Shown here one piece after another: positions 9,422 to 18,902 of a stretch of DNA of 35,565 nucleotides. This DNA is from a virus (Duplodnaviria > Heunggongvirae > Uroviricota > Caudoviricetes). The stretch's first letter is position 1, and the number at the start of each line of letters is the position of its first letter. The notes beneath the pieces are model-generated. The model ran no database searches. It had not been told where the DNA came from and saw nothing but the letters and a program-made list of their open reading frames with translations. Location: positions 1 through 35,565 of IMG/VR virus record IMGVR_UViG_2541047908_000011; one strand, given 5' to 3'. A program made the translations under genes and the position numbers.

Positions 9422-9727
9422 CTATGTTCCGGGATGAAATCGATACATCCGCAGTCCGGTATAGAAAAAATCAGGCACTGCATCCTGCATTTCCCTGTTC
9501 TCGTACCAGTAGCCAACCAGTTGCATAAGACGCAGTTTTATCAGAGGTGTTATTACAAGCCCGGTCGTATCCTGCTCAGAAACAGTTTCATCGTAAAGCG
9601 TCCGGTTTAAAAACTTTTCAGCCTCTTCCCTGGCAGCAGCCAGATACATCATAAGAAGAGAATTCTCCTGTTCATTGTCATCATCAATCCGGCACTGAAC
9701 ACGAAGCTCTTCCAGAGTGGGCATCAT
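9422..9727 (-). CDS. gp6-like head-tail connector protein
   Basis: 101-aa ORF with the N-terminal LEELRVQCRIDDD pattern typical of gp6-like connectors, just downstream of the capsid gene. Confidence 0.65.
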   Translation of the reverse strand: MMPTLEELRVQCRIDDDNEQENSLLMMYLAAAREEAEKFLNRTLYDETVSEQDTTGLVITPLIKLRLMQLVGYWYENREMQDAVPDFFYTGLRMYRFHPGT

Positions 9728-9738
9728 TTGGGCAACCT

Positions 9739-9927
9739 CTATGAATGCTGTTTTTTAGACTTATCAGCCCCCCGCGCAACAGGTGTTCTCTTATCAGAGA
9801 CAATCCCAGCTGCAGTGGCAATTTCGCGTACCCGTTCGGGTAATTCTTTATCTTCATACTCACCGGCCCGAATAATCTCAACACGCATACCGTCCGGTGA
9901 CCATTTCAGATCTTGTTTCAGGATCAT
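9739..9927 (-). CDS. Small hypothetical phage protein
   Basis: 62-aa ORF filling the gap between the capsid and connector genes on the coding strand. Confidence 0.35.
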   Translation of the reverse strand: MILKQDLKWSPDGMRVEIIRAGEYEDKELPERVREIATAAGIVSDKRTPVARGADKSKKQHS

Positions 9928-9978
9928 GATTCTTTCACCTGTCAGAACAGGGGGCGCACTTCTGCGCCCCCTGAATGA

Positions 9979-11184
9979 TTACGCCGCTGCAATCTTCAGC
10001 AGTTTGATGGCCTGCGAATCGACCAGCATGCCGCCGGTGCGCTTGGTGGTATAAAAACCGACAAACGGTTTATTGGTGTACGGGTCACGCAGAATGCGGG
10101 TGCCGATACGGTCAACGATGGTGTAACCCCGTTTGAAGTTACCAAATGCAATGGCTTTCGCATCAGCGGCAATATCCGGCATCTGTTCGTTTTCAGCGAT
10201 ACCGTAACCCGCCAGAGAGGACGGCTGCCCCAGCTCCAGCCCCGGACGCCACAGATAGTTACCCTCACTGTCTTTCAGCAGACGGATGGCAAACAGACTG
10301 TTGTTGTTCATCATGAACTTCGCGCCAGTGCGGTGTGCCTTACGCAGCGTGTAAATCAGTTTGATAATGGCATCTGCGGTCACCGCCGTCGCTTCGCCGG
10401 ATACAATATGCTGAAGTTTGCCGAACGCCCGGACCTTGTCTGTTTCATCCGTGGACTCATACGCCAGGAACCCTTTCGGCTTCTTGGTACCATCGCCGGT
10501 GGTAAAGGCAATTTCTTCCTGTTCGGCAAATTCGGTTGCCAGCTCGCTGTTGATCCATGCTTCCACGTTGAAAAAGGCATCATCCAGCATTTTCTGGGTG
10601 GCCTGCGGGTTACCGTAGATTTCCCCCATGAAAGGTTCAATCAGGCCCAGTTTTGAGGTGGCAGTCTGGGAGCGCGCGTCAGTCTCGCCAACCCATCCGG
10701 AAGCCGTGCCGCCCAGATTCACCAGTTTTTTGTAGTCGGAACCACCAACGCTGATCACCGTGGCTTCCTGGCGCATCACCACTTCATCTTTCAGCAGGGT
10801 GAGAATGTTGCGATCCAGTGCTTCCGGCACGGCATAGCCGCCGTCTTCATCGGTGCCCACCTGTAATGCCTTGCGCTCCAGATCGCGCAGACCATCTTCA
10901 CGGCCTTTACGCAGGAAGCCCACAAACGCTTCTTTATGCTCGGTGGCCAGTTTATTTTGCGCACCACCTGCCGGACGTTTCAGCTCAAGCAGCTCTTTTT
11001 CAAGATCGCTTTTGAGGTTTTCCAGCTCGCTGAGTTTCCCGTTCAGGGTTTCCACCTGCCCGGCAAGTTTGCCTTTTTCCTGCTCAATCGCATCCACGCG
11101 CTTGTCGTTCTTTGCTTTGAAGTCGTCAAACTTCTGCTGCAGCTCCTGCGCGACCTGTTCGACATCTTTAATATCAACCGCCAT
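9979..11184 (-). CDS. Major capsid protein, HK97 family (with N-terminal coiled-coil delta/scaffold domain)
   Basis: 401-aa ORF. The N-terminal 100 aa is a charged coiled coil (KLSELENLKSDLEKELLELKRPAGG) followed by the capsid body. Located downstream of the prohead protease. Confidence 0.85.
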   Translation of the reverse strand: MAVDIKDVEQVAQELQQKFDDFKAKNDKRVDAIEQEKGKLAGQVETLNGKLSELENLKSDLEKELLELKRPAGGAQNKLATEHKEAFVGFLRKGREDGLRDLERKALQVGTDEDGGYAVPEALDRNILTLLKDEVVMRQEATVISVGGSDYKKLVNLGGTASGWVGETDARSQTATSKLGLIEPFMGEIYGNPQATQKMLDDAFFNVEAWINSELATEFAEQEEIAFTTGDGTKKPKGFLAYESTDETDKVRAFGKLQHIVSGEATAVTADAIIKLIYTLRKAHRTGAKFMMNNNSLFAIRLLKDSEGNYLWRPGLELGQPSSLAGYGIAENEQMPDIAADAKAIAFGNFKRGYTIVDRIGTRILRDPYTNKPFVGFYTTKRTGGMLVDSQAIKLLKIAAA

Positions 11185-11198
11185 CGTATTTCTCCTGA

Positions 11199-11885
11199 TT
11201 AGAAGTTCAGATTTTTCAGTGCATTCAGTGCAGAGCCCACATCCTCAGCGTCGCGCAGGGACAGTGCGCCATAGCCCCCGGCCATGAATGCTTTGGCCTG
11301 GGTACGGGAGAGTCCGACATCACGCAGGACTCTTTCGATTTTTTTCTGTTCGGGGATTTCCCCGCGGGCCAGTGCGTTCTTGACGTCGCTGATCCGCGCC
11401 TCGTCGTTAGACGGGAACGTCACCAGGCTGACTTCCCAGAGGTCGATTTCTTTCAGCAGAAAGGCTTCTTTGCTCCGGTCGTATTCCCAGTCTTTCAGGA
11501 CGTACCCAATAGAAAGGCCGGTTAACGAACCGGCCTTCATGTGTGCATGTGCGCGTTTTGCGAGGGGATCATCATCAATAAGCAACCGTCCCCTGACGTA
11601 AAGCCCGACATCGTCTTCCTTCATGTCGGTGTAAACACCGATGGGTTCATCCATGCGGTGCTGCCAGAGCAGCGCAGGTAACGCTTTTCTGTCACTCCAC
11701 GCCCGCAGGGAAGCAGCAAATGCCCCGGACATCACCACATCATCGTGGCTGTCCTTTACACCAAAGACGGAGCCATACCCTTCAAACTCACCGGAGTCAC
11801 TGACAGATTTCAGACTCAGCGGTACATCAAGACGTTGTTTCGTCTGCATTGGCGTTATCCTTCTGCTTACCGGCTTTACTGCCAT
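11199..11885 (-). CDS. Prohead maturation protease (HK97 gp4 family)
   Basis: 228-aa ORF between portal and capsid. Start may be the internal Met (MQTKQRL, about 11849). Confidence 0.75.
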   Translation of the reverse strand: MAVKPVSRRITPMQTKQRLDVPLSLKSVSDSGEFEGYGSVFGVKDSHDDVVMSGAFAASLRAWSDRKALPALLWQHRMDEPIGVYTDMKEDDVGLYVRGRLLIDDDPLAKRAHAHMKAGSLTGLSIGYVLKDWEYDRSKEAFLLKEIDLWEVSLVTFPSNDEARISDVKNALARGEIPEQKKIERVLRDVGLSRTQAKAFMAGGYGALSLRDAEDVGSALNALKNLNF

Positions 11886-13068
11886 CGGAGGGTTTCGTGG
11901 TCATGTTCATCGGTGTGAGATAGACATCACCACCGGGACGCGGATTCATATCTTCCAGGTCGCGGCAGTCATTGGGAGAGTAAATTCCCCAGTTGATCCC
12001 GGTGGCGTAGGCTTCAAAACGGGACTTCATATCCCCGCGCAGTAACGCCCCGGCGTTAAATTTGGCGTAATAAACGCCCTGCTTACTTTTTCGTACCAGT
12101 CCGGTGTTGATCCGCTGTTCGATGCGGGTCAGATACGGCACCAGTGAATAGTTGATAAATCCCAGCCCCAGCTCTTCGATATTGTTGAAGGTGGCGCGAT
12201 CGGTGTTCTGCACCATGTGCAACGGCACCCGGAACAGACGACAGATTTCTTCAAGCTGAAACTTGCGGGTTTCCAGGAACTGGCTGTCCTCGGCGTTCAG
12301 CGCCATCGACTTCCAGTCCAGCCCCATCTCAAGGATCATCGGGCGGTGAGCATTGCCAAGCCCGGTGTGACGCTCCTCAAAATCTTTCTTCAGGCGCTCA
12401 TAAGCCTGATCCGACAGCGTCTGTTCTGTACGCAACACACCGGACGTCACCGCACCATTGCTGAACAGTCTGGCCCCGTGCTCTTCGGTCGCTGCTGCCA
12501 GCGATATTGCCTCGCGGGCATAGGCGATGGGATTCAGTCCCACCAGACCGTCCAGCGTCAGCGTGCGCACATGCCAGATATCTTCCTGGCTCAGTACATC
12601 CGTGGAACCGTCCGGGAATGTGACCTGATAGACCGGCTCCCAGCGACTGTTAAGCTTCGGTACCACACAACCGGGATCGACGGGCAGCAGTTCAGCCACT
12701 TCGCCAAATGCTTTCACTTTGTAGGCGTAAAAGTTTCCCCTCAGGCACAGACAGGTGACCACCAGCTCCCAGAACTCCTGCGGCGTCATATAGCCATTGG
12801 GATGCGTGGAGATCAGCTTATGCAGACGTTCGCCGGTGGCCCTCTGTTTCAGGCTGCCGTTCAGGTGATACAGATTGCAGGGCAACATCCCGACCGACTC
12901 TGCCAACACTCTGACGCAGGAAAAAACCGCCGTCAGTCGCATGGCCCGCTGACTGCTGATCTGCTTTCCGGTATAGGTGTCGTAAGACAACCCGATGGCA
13001 TCCGCCAGCTCTGCTGGCGTGGTCACCGGCGCGTCACTTTTTCGTTGAAATAATCCCGAAAAGAACAC
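11827..13068 (-). CDS. Portal protein (HK97 family)
   Basis: 413-aa ORF downstream of terminase large subunit. Size and position typical. Confidence 0.8.
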   Translation of the reverse strand: MFFSGLFQRKSDAPVTTPAELADAIGLSYDTYTGKQISSQRAMRLTAVFSCVRVLAESVGMLPCNLYHLNGSLKQRATGERLHKLISTHPNGYMTPQEFWELVVTCLCLRGNFYAYKVKAFGEVAELLPVDPGCVVPKLNSRWEPVYQVTFPDGSTDVLSQEDIWHVRTLTLDGLVGLNPIAYAREAISLAAATEEHGARLFSNGAVTSGVLRTEQTLSDQAYERLKKDFEERHTGLGNAHRPMILEMGLDWKSMALNAEDSQFLETRKFQLEEICRLFRVPLHMVQNTDRATFNNIEELGLGFINYSLVPYLTRIEQRINTGLVRKSKQGVYYAKFNAGALLRGDMKSRFEAYATGINWGIYSPNDCRDLEDMNPRPGGDVYLTPMNMTTKPSDGSKAGKQKDNANADETTS

Positions 13069-13250
13069 TATTTACCTCCGCCGACAGACGGCTGTGTACG
13101 GTCGAGATATCGCGCCACCAGCCACGACCAGGACAGGCACAGCACCCCGGCAACAACAAAACCCGCCGGGGGATAAATCAGCCAGGCACCATACGCCAGC
13201 AAAAGCGCACCCAGCACGCCCACCAGTGGCGCGAGAATTATCAGAAACAT
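13068..13250 (-). CDS. Small hydrophobic protein (two predicted TM helices), hypothetical
   Basis: 60-aa ORF exactly filling the gap between terminase large subunit and portal. Confidence 0.3.
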   Translation of the reverse strand: MFLIILAPLVGVLGALLLAYGAWLIYPPAGFVVAGVLCLSWSWLVARYLDRTQPSVGGGK

Positions 13251-13261
13251 AATGACCTCGG

Positions 13262-15019
13262 TTAAAGCGAGCGGATGCCCACGCTGACCAGATGTTCAGA
13301 CAGATCCAGCTCCGGTTCACCACCATTGACCAGCATCCGGCTCATTGCTGTAAACATCGCAACAGGGCCGTCGATTTTGGCTTCCGGCGTGGATTTATTC
13401 GGGAAGATATTGTCGTTTTTGTCCGGTTTTACCGTAACGTTAGACATCATCCAGTTCATGACCGGATGATTGCTGTGATGGAAACGCCCGGCATAGACCA
13501 GTGATTCCGTTTCCTTCATGGCCTCTGACAGATTGCGAACCGTCTGCGGAACCTCCACCAGCGGTATCCCTTCTTCAGCCAGTGCCAGGCTGAACTGCAT
13601 CGCGCTCCACGGGTCAAATCCCAGTTCCCTGAGGTTTTCACCACCAATCCATTCCAGTAAGTCACTTTTTATCTGAGCATGATCGATAACATCACCATCC
13701 GTCAGAATCAGCTTATCCATCTCCGCCCACTTCCGGTAAAGTTCTGCCTGCTGCCGCGAGCATCGTTCCAGCCGTCCTTCCGGAAGCCAGAATTTAAAAT
13801 CGGCATGAACATGCCCGTTATCCGTTCGCCAGAGTTTTGCCGCCGCACAGATATCAATCTTATGAGCAAGGTCAACGCCGACCCACATGGGATACGTTTT
13901 CAGCTCATGTCGTGGGGCAATGTATTCGCACTTCTCCCACTTAATCATGTCCATCCAGGCAGACTCTGCTGTTACCCACACATTCATGTGTTTGGTAAAA
14001 AAATTCACCCGCGCAGAGACCTGTTCTTTCGCTTTTTTCGCCAGGCGACGCAGATCATCCCAGCGTTTACAGATGCCCAGGCCGGGATTCGCTTTCTGCC
14101 AGACCGTTTCATCAAACGGATCATCTCCCTCATCGAGGGTGTAAATAATCGCAAAGTAGGAGTCGTCTTTTACCGCGCCCTCCACGTCGCTGTTATAGCC
14201 ACGCAATACCTTGATGGCGTAATCACGCTGCTCGTAACAAATCCCTTCCTTGTTAAACCCTGCCGTGGTGATACCAAATAAAAGGGACTGCAGACGGGCA
14301 CCGGTTGCCGTTTCCAGAACGTCCCACACGTCACGGGTTTTATGTGCATGCAGCTCATCAATAATGGCGCAGTGGATGTTCAGACCATCCAGGTTGTTTG
14401 CATCCGAAGAAAGCGGTTCAAATTTTGATGCGCTCTGCTCCTGGTAAATCGCCAGCTTGTTGAAATCAAACAACCGCCCGAGTGTCGACCGGGCTTTTCT
14501 GACCATATTTTTGGCGTCTTCAAACACGATTCTGGCCTGGTCACGCGTGGTTGCGGCTGAATAAACCTCAGCTCCGCCTTCACCATCTGCCCCCGTCATA
14601 TACAGGCCGATACCCGATGACAGAGTTGATTTTGCGTTTTTACGGGCGACTTCGTTGTACGCCGTCCGGAACCGGCGCACCATCACCGGACGTCCGCTGC
14701 CATCGCTGCGCATGACAACTTCCCCGGTCTCTTCATTGACCAGCGGAATGACAAAACCAAAAATATTAATGAGGATAAATACATGCCAGTCCATCAACTC
14801 AATGGGCTGGCCTGCCAGCGCCCCTTTTACATGAGGCACAAATTTGTAGAAATTCAGGATGTGCTGCGCACGGGGTTCACTGAAATAAATCCCCCGCTCT
14901 TCGCCGTACTTCAGATCATCAAGAAAACGCTGGCAGGCCAGGCGGACAAATTCGCCAGCAACAATTTCTCCTGCAACAACACGTTCGGCGTAGCGGATCC
15001 CGTCAGCCACTTTTGCCAT
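13262..15019 (-). CDS. Terminase large subunit
   Basis: 585-aa ORF adjacent to the small subunit and portal. Assignment by size and synteny. Confidence 0.85.
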   Translation of the reverse strand: MAKVADGIRYAERVVAGEIVAGEFVRLACQRFLDDLKYGEERGIYFSEPRAQHILNFYKFVPHVKGALAGQPIELMDWHVFILINIFGFVIPLVNEETGEVVMRSDGSGRPVMVRRFRTAYNEVARKNAKSTLSSGIGLYMTGADGEGGAEVYSAATTRDQARIVFEDAKNMVRKARSTLGRLFDFNKLAIYQEQSASKFEPLSSDANNLDGLNIHCAIIDELHAHKTRDVWDVLETATGARLQSLLFGITTAGFNKEGICYEQRDYAIKVLRGYNSDVEGAVKDDSYFAIIYTLDEGDDPFDETVWQKANPGLGICKRWDDLRRLAKKAKEQVSARVNFFTKHMNVWVTAESAWMDMIKWEKCEYIAPRHELKTYPMWVGVDLAHKIDICAAAKLWRTDNGHVHADFKFWLPEGRLERCSRQQAELYRKWAEMDKLILTDGDVIDHAQIKSDLLEWIGGENLRELGFDPWSAMQFSLALAEEGIPLVEVPQTVRNLSEAMKETESLVYAGRFHHSNHPVMNWMMSNVTVKPDKNDNIFPNKSTPEAKIDGPVAMFTAMSRMLVNGGEPELDLSEHLVSVGIRSL

Positions 15020-15501
15020 CAGTCTCTCGCTTTTAAAAGCTCCGCCAGCGGATCAACATCATCCGGTCCGGCGGTATTTACTTTCGCCCGGCTTGCCGGT
15101 GACATACCAAACTCTGCAAGCATTGCCCGGATCCGCTTCCAGGCATCCGCTTTCATTGCCGCCGCGGGGTGCGCCTTAATCAGTACATCACCGCTCTGCG
15201 TTTCCGTGCGGTAGGTATACCCCTCAACATCGAGTGTTTCGCAGTGATGCCGGTATTCGGTGTAGGCTTCCACCAGCAACTCGAGCGCACGCGCATCAAG
15301 CTGAGAAATGATCCCTTCCGCATTCAGCTCTTCCGCCATTCGCCTGAACCAGTACTTCCCCTGAGCCCCTAAATGCTGCGGAATTTTAGGAAGACCTTTT
15401 TCATCCTTTTTAGCGGTTTTTTTGTGGTCTTTAACGGGGCGCTTTGAGGGGTTGCCTCGAATCAAATGCAGGCGTGGCGGGGTTTTCGGAGGTCCTGACA
15501 T
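15019..15501 (-). CDS. Terminase small subunit (P27 family)
   Basis: 160-aa ORF with a basic N-terminus (MSGPPKTPPRLHLIRGNPSKRP), overlapping the start of the large subunit. Confidence 0.8.
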   Translation of the reverse strand: MSGPPKTPPRLHLIRGNPSKRPVKDHKKTAKKDEKGLPKIPQHLGAQGKYWFRRMAEELNAEGIISQLDARALELLVEAYTEYRHHCETLDVEGYTYRTETQSGDVLIKAHPAAAMKADAWKRIRAMLAEFGMSPASRAKVNTAGPDDVDPLAELLKARD

Positions 15502-15594
15502 AATCGGTCTTACCTATCAATCGTTTGTTCACATTTCCAAAAAAAAGTTTTCGAACCTGCGGCGATGTGAGGAAGGGTCAGGCGGCGGTACTGA

Positions 15595-15630
15595 GCAGCC
15601 AGGGCGGCAGAGATTTGCCCCGCCCCTCCC
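15595..15630. other. Candidate cos / packaging site region
   Basis: GC-rich motif GGGCGGCAGAGAT (about 15602-15614) resembles the lambda cohesive-end sequence GGGCGGCGACCT as I remember it, with a GGGCGG...CCGCCC inverted repeat. Lies between HNH and terminase small subunit. Confidence 0.35.
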
Positions 15631-15649
15631 CTACAGATGAGAACTGTTA

Positions 15650-16000
15650 TCAATTGATGCGTTCGCGCGCTGTTTTTGCTTTATGGCAGGGCCAGCACAG
15701 ACTCTGCAGGTTACTGTCTGCATCCGTGCCACCATGAGCTTTCGGAATGATGTGGTCCACAGTTCTGGCTTCAACAGCTCTCCCATTGCGCAGGCAGTTC
15801 TGACACAGATGATTATCACGCTTCAGTATGCGCGCACGTATGGCATCCCATTTCGAGCCATAGCCACGCTGGTGGCGGCTCAGTCCGCGCTGGTGCTGCA
15901 CCCAGCCTTCACCCCAATGTTTATCGCAGTAGCCCGAACTGTCTGTTGTTGTGCCTGCGCAGCCTCGCTTACGACATGCGCGGGGGATTCGTGATGGCAT
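15650..16000 (-). CDS. HNH endonuclease (terminase-associated)
   Basis: 116-aa ORF with Cys pairs and HIIPKAHGGTDADSNLQSLCWPCH (HNH motif). Immediately upstream of the terminase genes, as in HK97-like cos phages. Confidence 0.85.
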   Translation of the reverse strand: MPSRIPRACRKRGCAGTTTDSSGYCDKHWGEGWVQHQRGLSRHQRGYGSKWDAIRARILKRDNHLCQNCLRNGRAVEARTVDHIIPKAHGGTDADSNLQSLCWPCHKAKTARERIN

Positions 16001-16421
16001 GGAACTTCGTTCTCCAGCGATTAAAACGTTTCTCTCTCGGGGATAACATGTATTGCATTCAGTCCCGCCGCCACAGCGTGCTGATTATGTTCATTGACAA
16101 GCTGCATTGTTTCATCAAGCAATTCACGACAGCGATTTGCATTCGTTTCGATGCTCAGCACCAGTGAATGACCCCCACACAACCGCCCATCCAATAAAAA
16201 TGGAGAGTCAGCAGAAACAATTTCCGATTTTATGGGGTCAGTTCAACGGAAGGGCTGCTGTAATGCTGTGGACAATACTCCTTTTGTCGCTTACTGGTTG
16301 AATATCCTGGTTTTTATGCGCTTTATCCATTGTTAAAATACAACCTCAGCCCTCCAGTGATCGGACACTGTGTGAACAATGAATAAGAGCCTTGGCTGAC
16401 GGCTCCGCAAAAGGAATGACA

Positions 16422-16631
16422 ATGACAAGCTTTAATATAAATTTAAATGTAACAACAAAGGTTGAAACCATTTCTGACGTAGCTTTAGAAATTTCCCGTT
16501 TAAAAGTTACGATTGGAATATTATTGGCTAAACTACCTCCAGAACAGCGTGATTCATTCATTGCAGATCTAAAAGGCGTCGGGCTTAATGAAGAGGCCAG
16601 CTTATATAGTAATTTCAACCCAAAGATATAA
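16422..16631 (+). CDS. Small moron protein, unknown function (69 aa)
   Basis: Plus-strand ORF in an AT-rich island, opposite to all neighbouring phage genes. AAGGA RBS 7 nt before ATG 16422; own terminator downstream. Confidence 0.5.
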   Translation: MTSFNINLNVTTKVETISDVALEISRLKVTIGILLAKLPPEQRDSFIADLKGVGLNEEASLYSNFNPKI

Positions 16632-16655
16632 TCTGAATCCATCGTTTACAGGAGC

Positions 16656-16685
16656 GGGGAGGGAGCAACCTCCCCCCTTTTCTTT
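16656..16685 (+). terminator. Rho-independent terminator of the moron gene
   Basis: GGGGAGG-gagcaa-CCTCCCC followed by CTTTTCTTT on the plus strand. Confidence 0.6.
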
Positions 16686-16864
16686 ATCTGGTGTATGTAA
16701 TATTTCCTTTTAAGTAAAACGCTCCCGTATTATCAACTGCGCCCTCAGGTTTTTTATTGAGAATTTTTAATAATTTTGACTTCATAGCAATATTAAAAAT
16801 CTTTGGGAAAAGAAACATATTTCCTCCTGAATAAATATGCGAGGATGAATTGAGTTCACTTTAT

Positions 16865-17050
16865 CTAACCTCGCTGCATACACTGCCGGATGCCATCAAT
16901 CAGTTGGCAGGCCTGAGAAGCAGCGTCAAAAAACTGGCGTGCCTTATCCAGGCTAACGCATCCCGCCAATAAAAAAGGCACCAGTATCGCTACCAGTGCC
17001 CATTTCGCCGCCGTTCGCGGCATTCTGTGTGTCCAGTGTTTTCTGCTCAT
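16865..17050 (-). CDS. Small lipoprotein (lipobox LLAGC) downstream of endolysin; possible o-spanin-like or lysis-associated lipoprotein
   Basis: 61-aa ORF with signal peptide and LLAGC lipobox. AGGTG RBS upstream of ATG 17050. Mature part is short and not Pro-rich, so spanin identity is uncertain. Confidence 0.5.
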   Translation of the reverse strand: MSRKHWTHRMPRTAAKWALVAILVPFLLAGCVSLDKARQFFDAASQACQLIDGIRQCMQRG

Positions 17051-17064
17051 AACACACCTGGTTA

Positions 17065-17448
17065 TCAGCGTTTCAACTGAAAGTGAGGTCCGTCTTTCAG
17101 TGTTTTCCAGTCCCCGCCCCATTCGATGGCAGTTCCCAGCTCTGCGGCAGCCTGCTTAAATGCCTGCGCGATTTTCTCGTACAGAGGCCAGTCCCATGAC
17201 ACCTGGCTGCCAATGTAGGCCACAACATCCACTGCATCACCGGTCAGGTGGCGGCTGTTCATGGTCTGGCTTTTCCCTTCCGCGACCAGCTGTTTCTGGC
17301 GATACTTACTGCGCAGGCCTTCCGTAATACCGAAATCAACCTCCGTCAGCTCCAGCGCACGGCGAGCTACAGCAACCAGCTGTGGTTTAACGCCCTCCAG
17401 ATTCTTTTCGCTGCGACGACTAAATCTGAATTTACCCGACATATTCAC
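17065..17448 (-). CDS. Endolysin, peptidase M15 family (L-alanyl-D-glutamate peptidase-like)
   Basis: 127-aa ORF with His/Asp metal-ligand pattern (SRHLTGDAVDV ... H near C-terminus) typical of small M15 phage endolysins. Sits in the lysis cassette. Confidence 0.75.
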   Translation of the reverse strand: MNMSGKFRFSRRSEKNLEGVKPQLVAVARRALELTEVDFGITEGLRSKYRQKQLVAEGKSQTMNSRHLTGDAVDVVAYIGSQVSWDWPLYEKIAQAFKQAAAELGTAIEWGGDWKTLKDGPHFQLKR

Positions 17449-17449
17449 C

Positions 17450-17719
17450 TCAACAATGGAAAATTTTTGTGACGTTCCCGCGCGCGCGTATCACCAGCAC
17501 GCAGAACAGCAGATTAAAAAACACTTCCAGCCAGCCCGTTGCTAACGGGCGACCACACAGATAGCTGAGGGGCGCAAAGGCATACAACAGCATCAGCAGC
17601 CAGGCCAGCCATGACATCAATGGTTTGTGTCTGGAGTCACGACGACGATAAAAAAAGAGCGTCAGCACGATAACCGTGCATAACGCCACATTCAGCAATC
17701 CGGGAAGGTTACTTAACAT
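17450..17719 (-). CDS. Small three-TM membrane protein in the lysis cassette (possible second holin / antiholin)
   Basis: Start at MLSNLPGLLNV...; three hydrophobic segments. Located between holin and endolysin, with overlapping or adjacent coding boundaries. Confidence 0.45.
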   Translation of the reverse strand: MLSNLPGLLNVALCTVIVLTLFFYRRRDSRHKPLMSWLAWLLMLLYAFAPLSYLCGRPLATGWLEVFFNLLFCVLVIRARGNVTKIFHC

Positions 17720-18101
17720 TGCCGCCTCCTCCGCCCCGCAGGCGGGAGAACAGACCGGACACCAGTGATGCAATATCCTGCTGGTGGATGAACGAGAGAA
17801 TCTTCACCGACACCACTGACACCAGCACTGCACACAGTGCGTCGACAGGCGCACCGTCAAACTCTGTATGCTTTACCAGCCAGGATGCCAGAACCTCTGC
17901 ACCCAGCACACCGATAATAAACGACACAAGAAAATGCGCCGCCACACGCCAGGCTGAAAGCGCCTGCGGCATTGTTGCCACAAACAACGCTCCCGCAAAC
18001 GCACCAAACACAATCCCGAAATCCGTTCCGGTAAACAGCCCGAATACCGTCGCCCCACCGAGCGCCGCAGCCGTGCCGGAACCGGATAAGGGTTCAGACA
18101 T
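17709..18101 (-). CDS. Putative holin (Gly-rich multi-TM membrane protein)
   Basis: Start at MSEPLSGSG... (ATG 18101) with AGGAGA RBS. Several Gly/Ala-rich hydrophobic helices. First gene of the lysis cassette. Confidence 0.55.
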   Translation of the reverse strand: MSEPLSGSGTAAALGGATVFGLFTGTDFGIVFGAFAGALFVATMPQALSAWRVAAHFLVSFIIGVLGAEVLASWLVKHTEFDGAPVDALCAVLVSVVSVKILSFIHQQDIASLVSGLFSRLRGGGGGNVK

Positions 18102-18118
18102 ACTTTTTTCTCCTGTAA

Positions 18119-18150
18119 ATAAAAAAGGGCCACCAGCGGCCCGTAAAAAA
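18119..18150 (-). terminator. Terminator-like hairpin (GGGCC-N6-GGCCC flanked by A/T runs) between the cargo cassette and the holin
   Basis: Plus strand reads AAAAAAGGGCCACCAGCGGCCCGTAAAAAA. On the minus strand the hairpin is followed by a U-run, then the holin RBS. Confidence 0.5.
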
Positions 18151-18392
18151 CACCCCGTCAAAGACACCCGCAGATGCCTTTTGTGTGGTGTTATCTGATG
18201 CGATGTACGCCGGACGTGGCGCGGATATGAAAAAGGCCCGCCGTAGCGAGCCATAAAGAAACAAAATTCTGAATAAAAAAACCGCCTAGTACGGCGGATA
18301 AAATGATCAAAAGAACCCGTTATTCGTTATAATAAATAAAAAACCATCAACATGGCGACTCGACTCAAGAAACGAATTTACTAACTTAAATG

Positions 18393-18902
18393 TTATTTGC
18401 GTTTATTGACAGGTAATATAGAATTAGCAGCATCTTTCTCTCTCTCTTGGAACGAGTTATGTCTTTTAACCATATCAGGACCAATGAGACTATAAATTAC
18501 TGTCAACAGTTGCCATAAAGTTAAAAAAACCAAAATGGCATATGACGCGCCCCTAAAAATGTCCTTGTGATCTATAAAAAACGGTATCTGTTTTACTAAT
18601 GGCGCAACAACGCCAATAATTAAAACTGATGCTAAAATAGCAGTAGAATGTACAATTGGTGTAAATAACCTTGTAATCCCACTGCCATTAGATTCACTCG
18701 CTGAACTGCCACCTCTAAATGATTTTTTTAATCGTTCAGGATAGATTATCGCAAACCAAGCTCCCACAACTGCAAAGATAATGGATGCTGTAGTTCGCAG
18801 GGCCTCATAAAGAGGCCACTGGGATGAGAAGGGAACATTCTTCCCAAAATAGGCAGAAAAAATCAGAACGACCATAAGAAAAATTCCACCTAAGATTTTC
18901 AT
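18393..18902 (-). CDS. Cargo gene B: 169-aa integral membrane protein (about four TM helices), unknown function
   Basis: AT-rich ORF. Hydrophobic segments at about residues 5-22, 38-57, 85-106 and 120-141. Its ATG directly abuts the stop of cargo gene A (GGA ATG TAG ATG AAA). Confidence 0.7.
   Translation of the reverse strand: MKILGGIFLMVVLIFSAYFGKNVPFSSQWPLYEALRTTASIIFAVVGAWFAIIYPERLKKSFRGGSSASESNGSGITRLFTPIVHSTAILASVLIIGVVAPLVKQIPFFIDHKDIFRGASYAILVFLTLWQLLTVIYSLIGPDMVKRHNSFQEREKDAANSILPVNKRK

Noticed and set aside
12217-13053. 278-aa plus-strand ORF
   Set aside because: Completely antisense to the portal gene; composition atypical (His/Gln/Arg-rich).
16346-16642. 98-aa minus-strand ORF overlapping the moron
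   Set aside because: The plus-strand ORF has a good RBS and a downstream terminator; the minus-strand frame lacks both.
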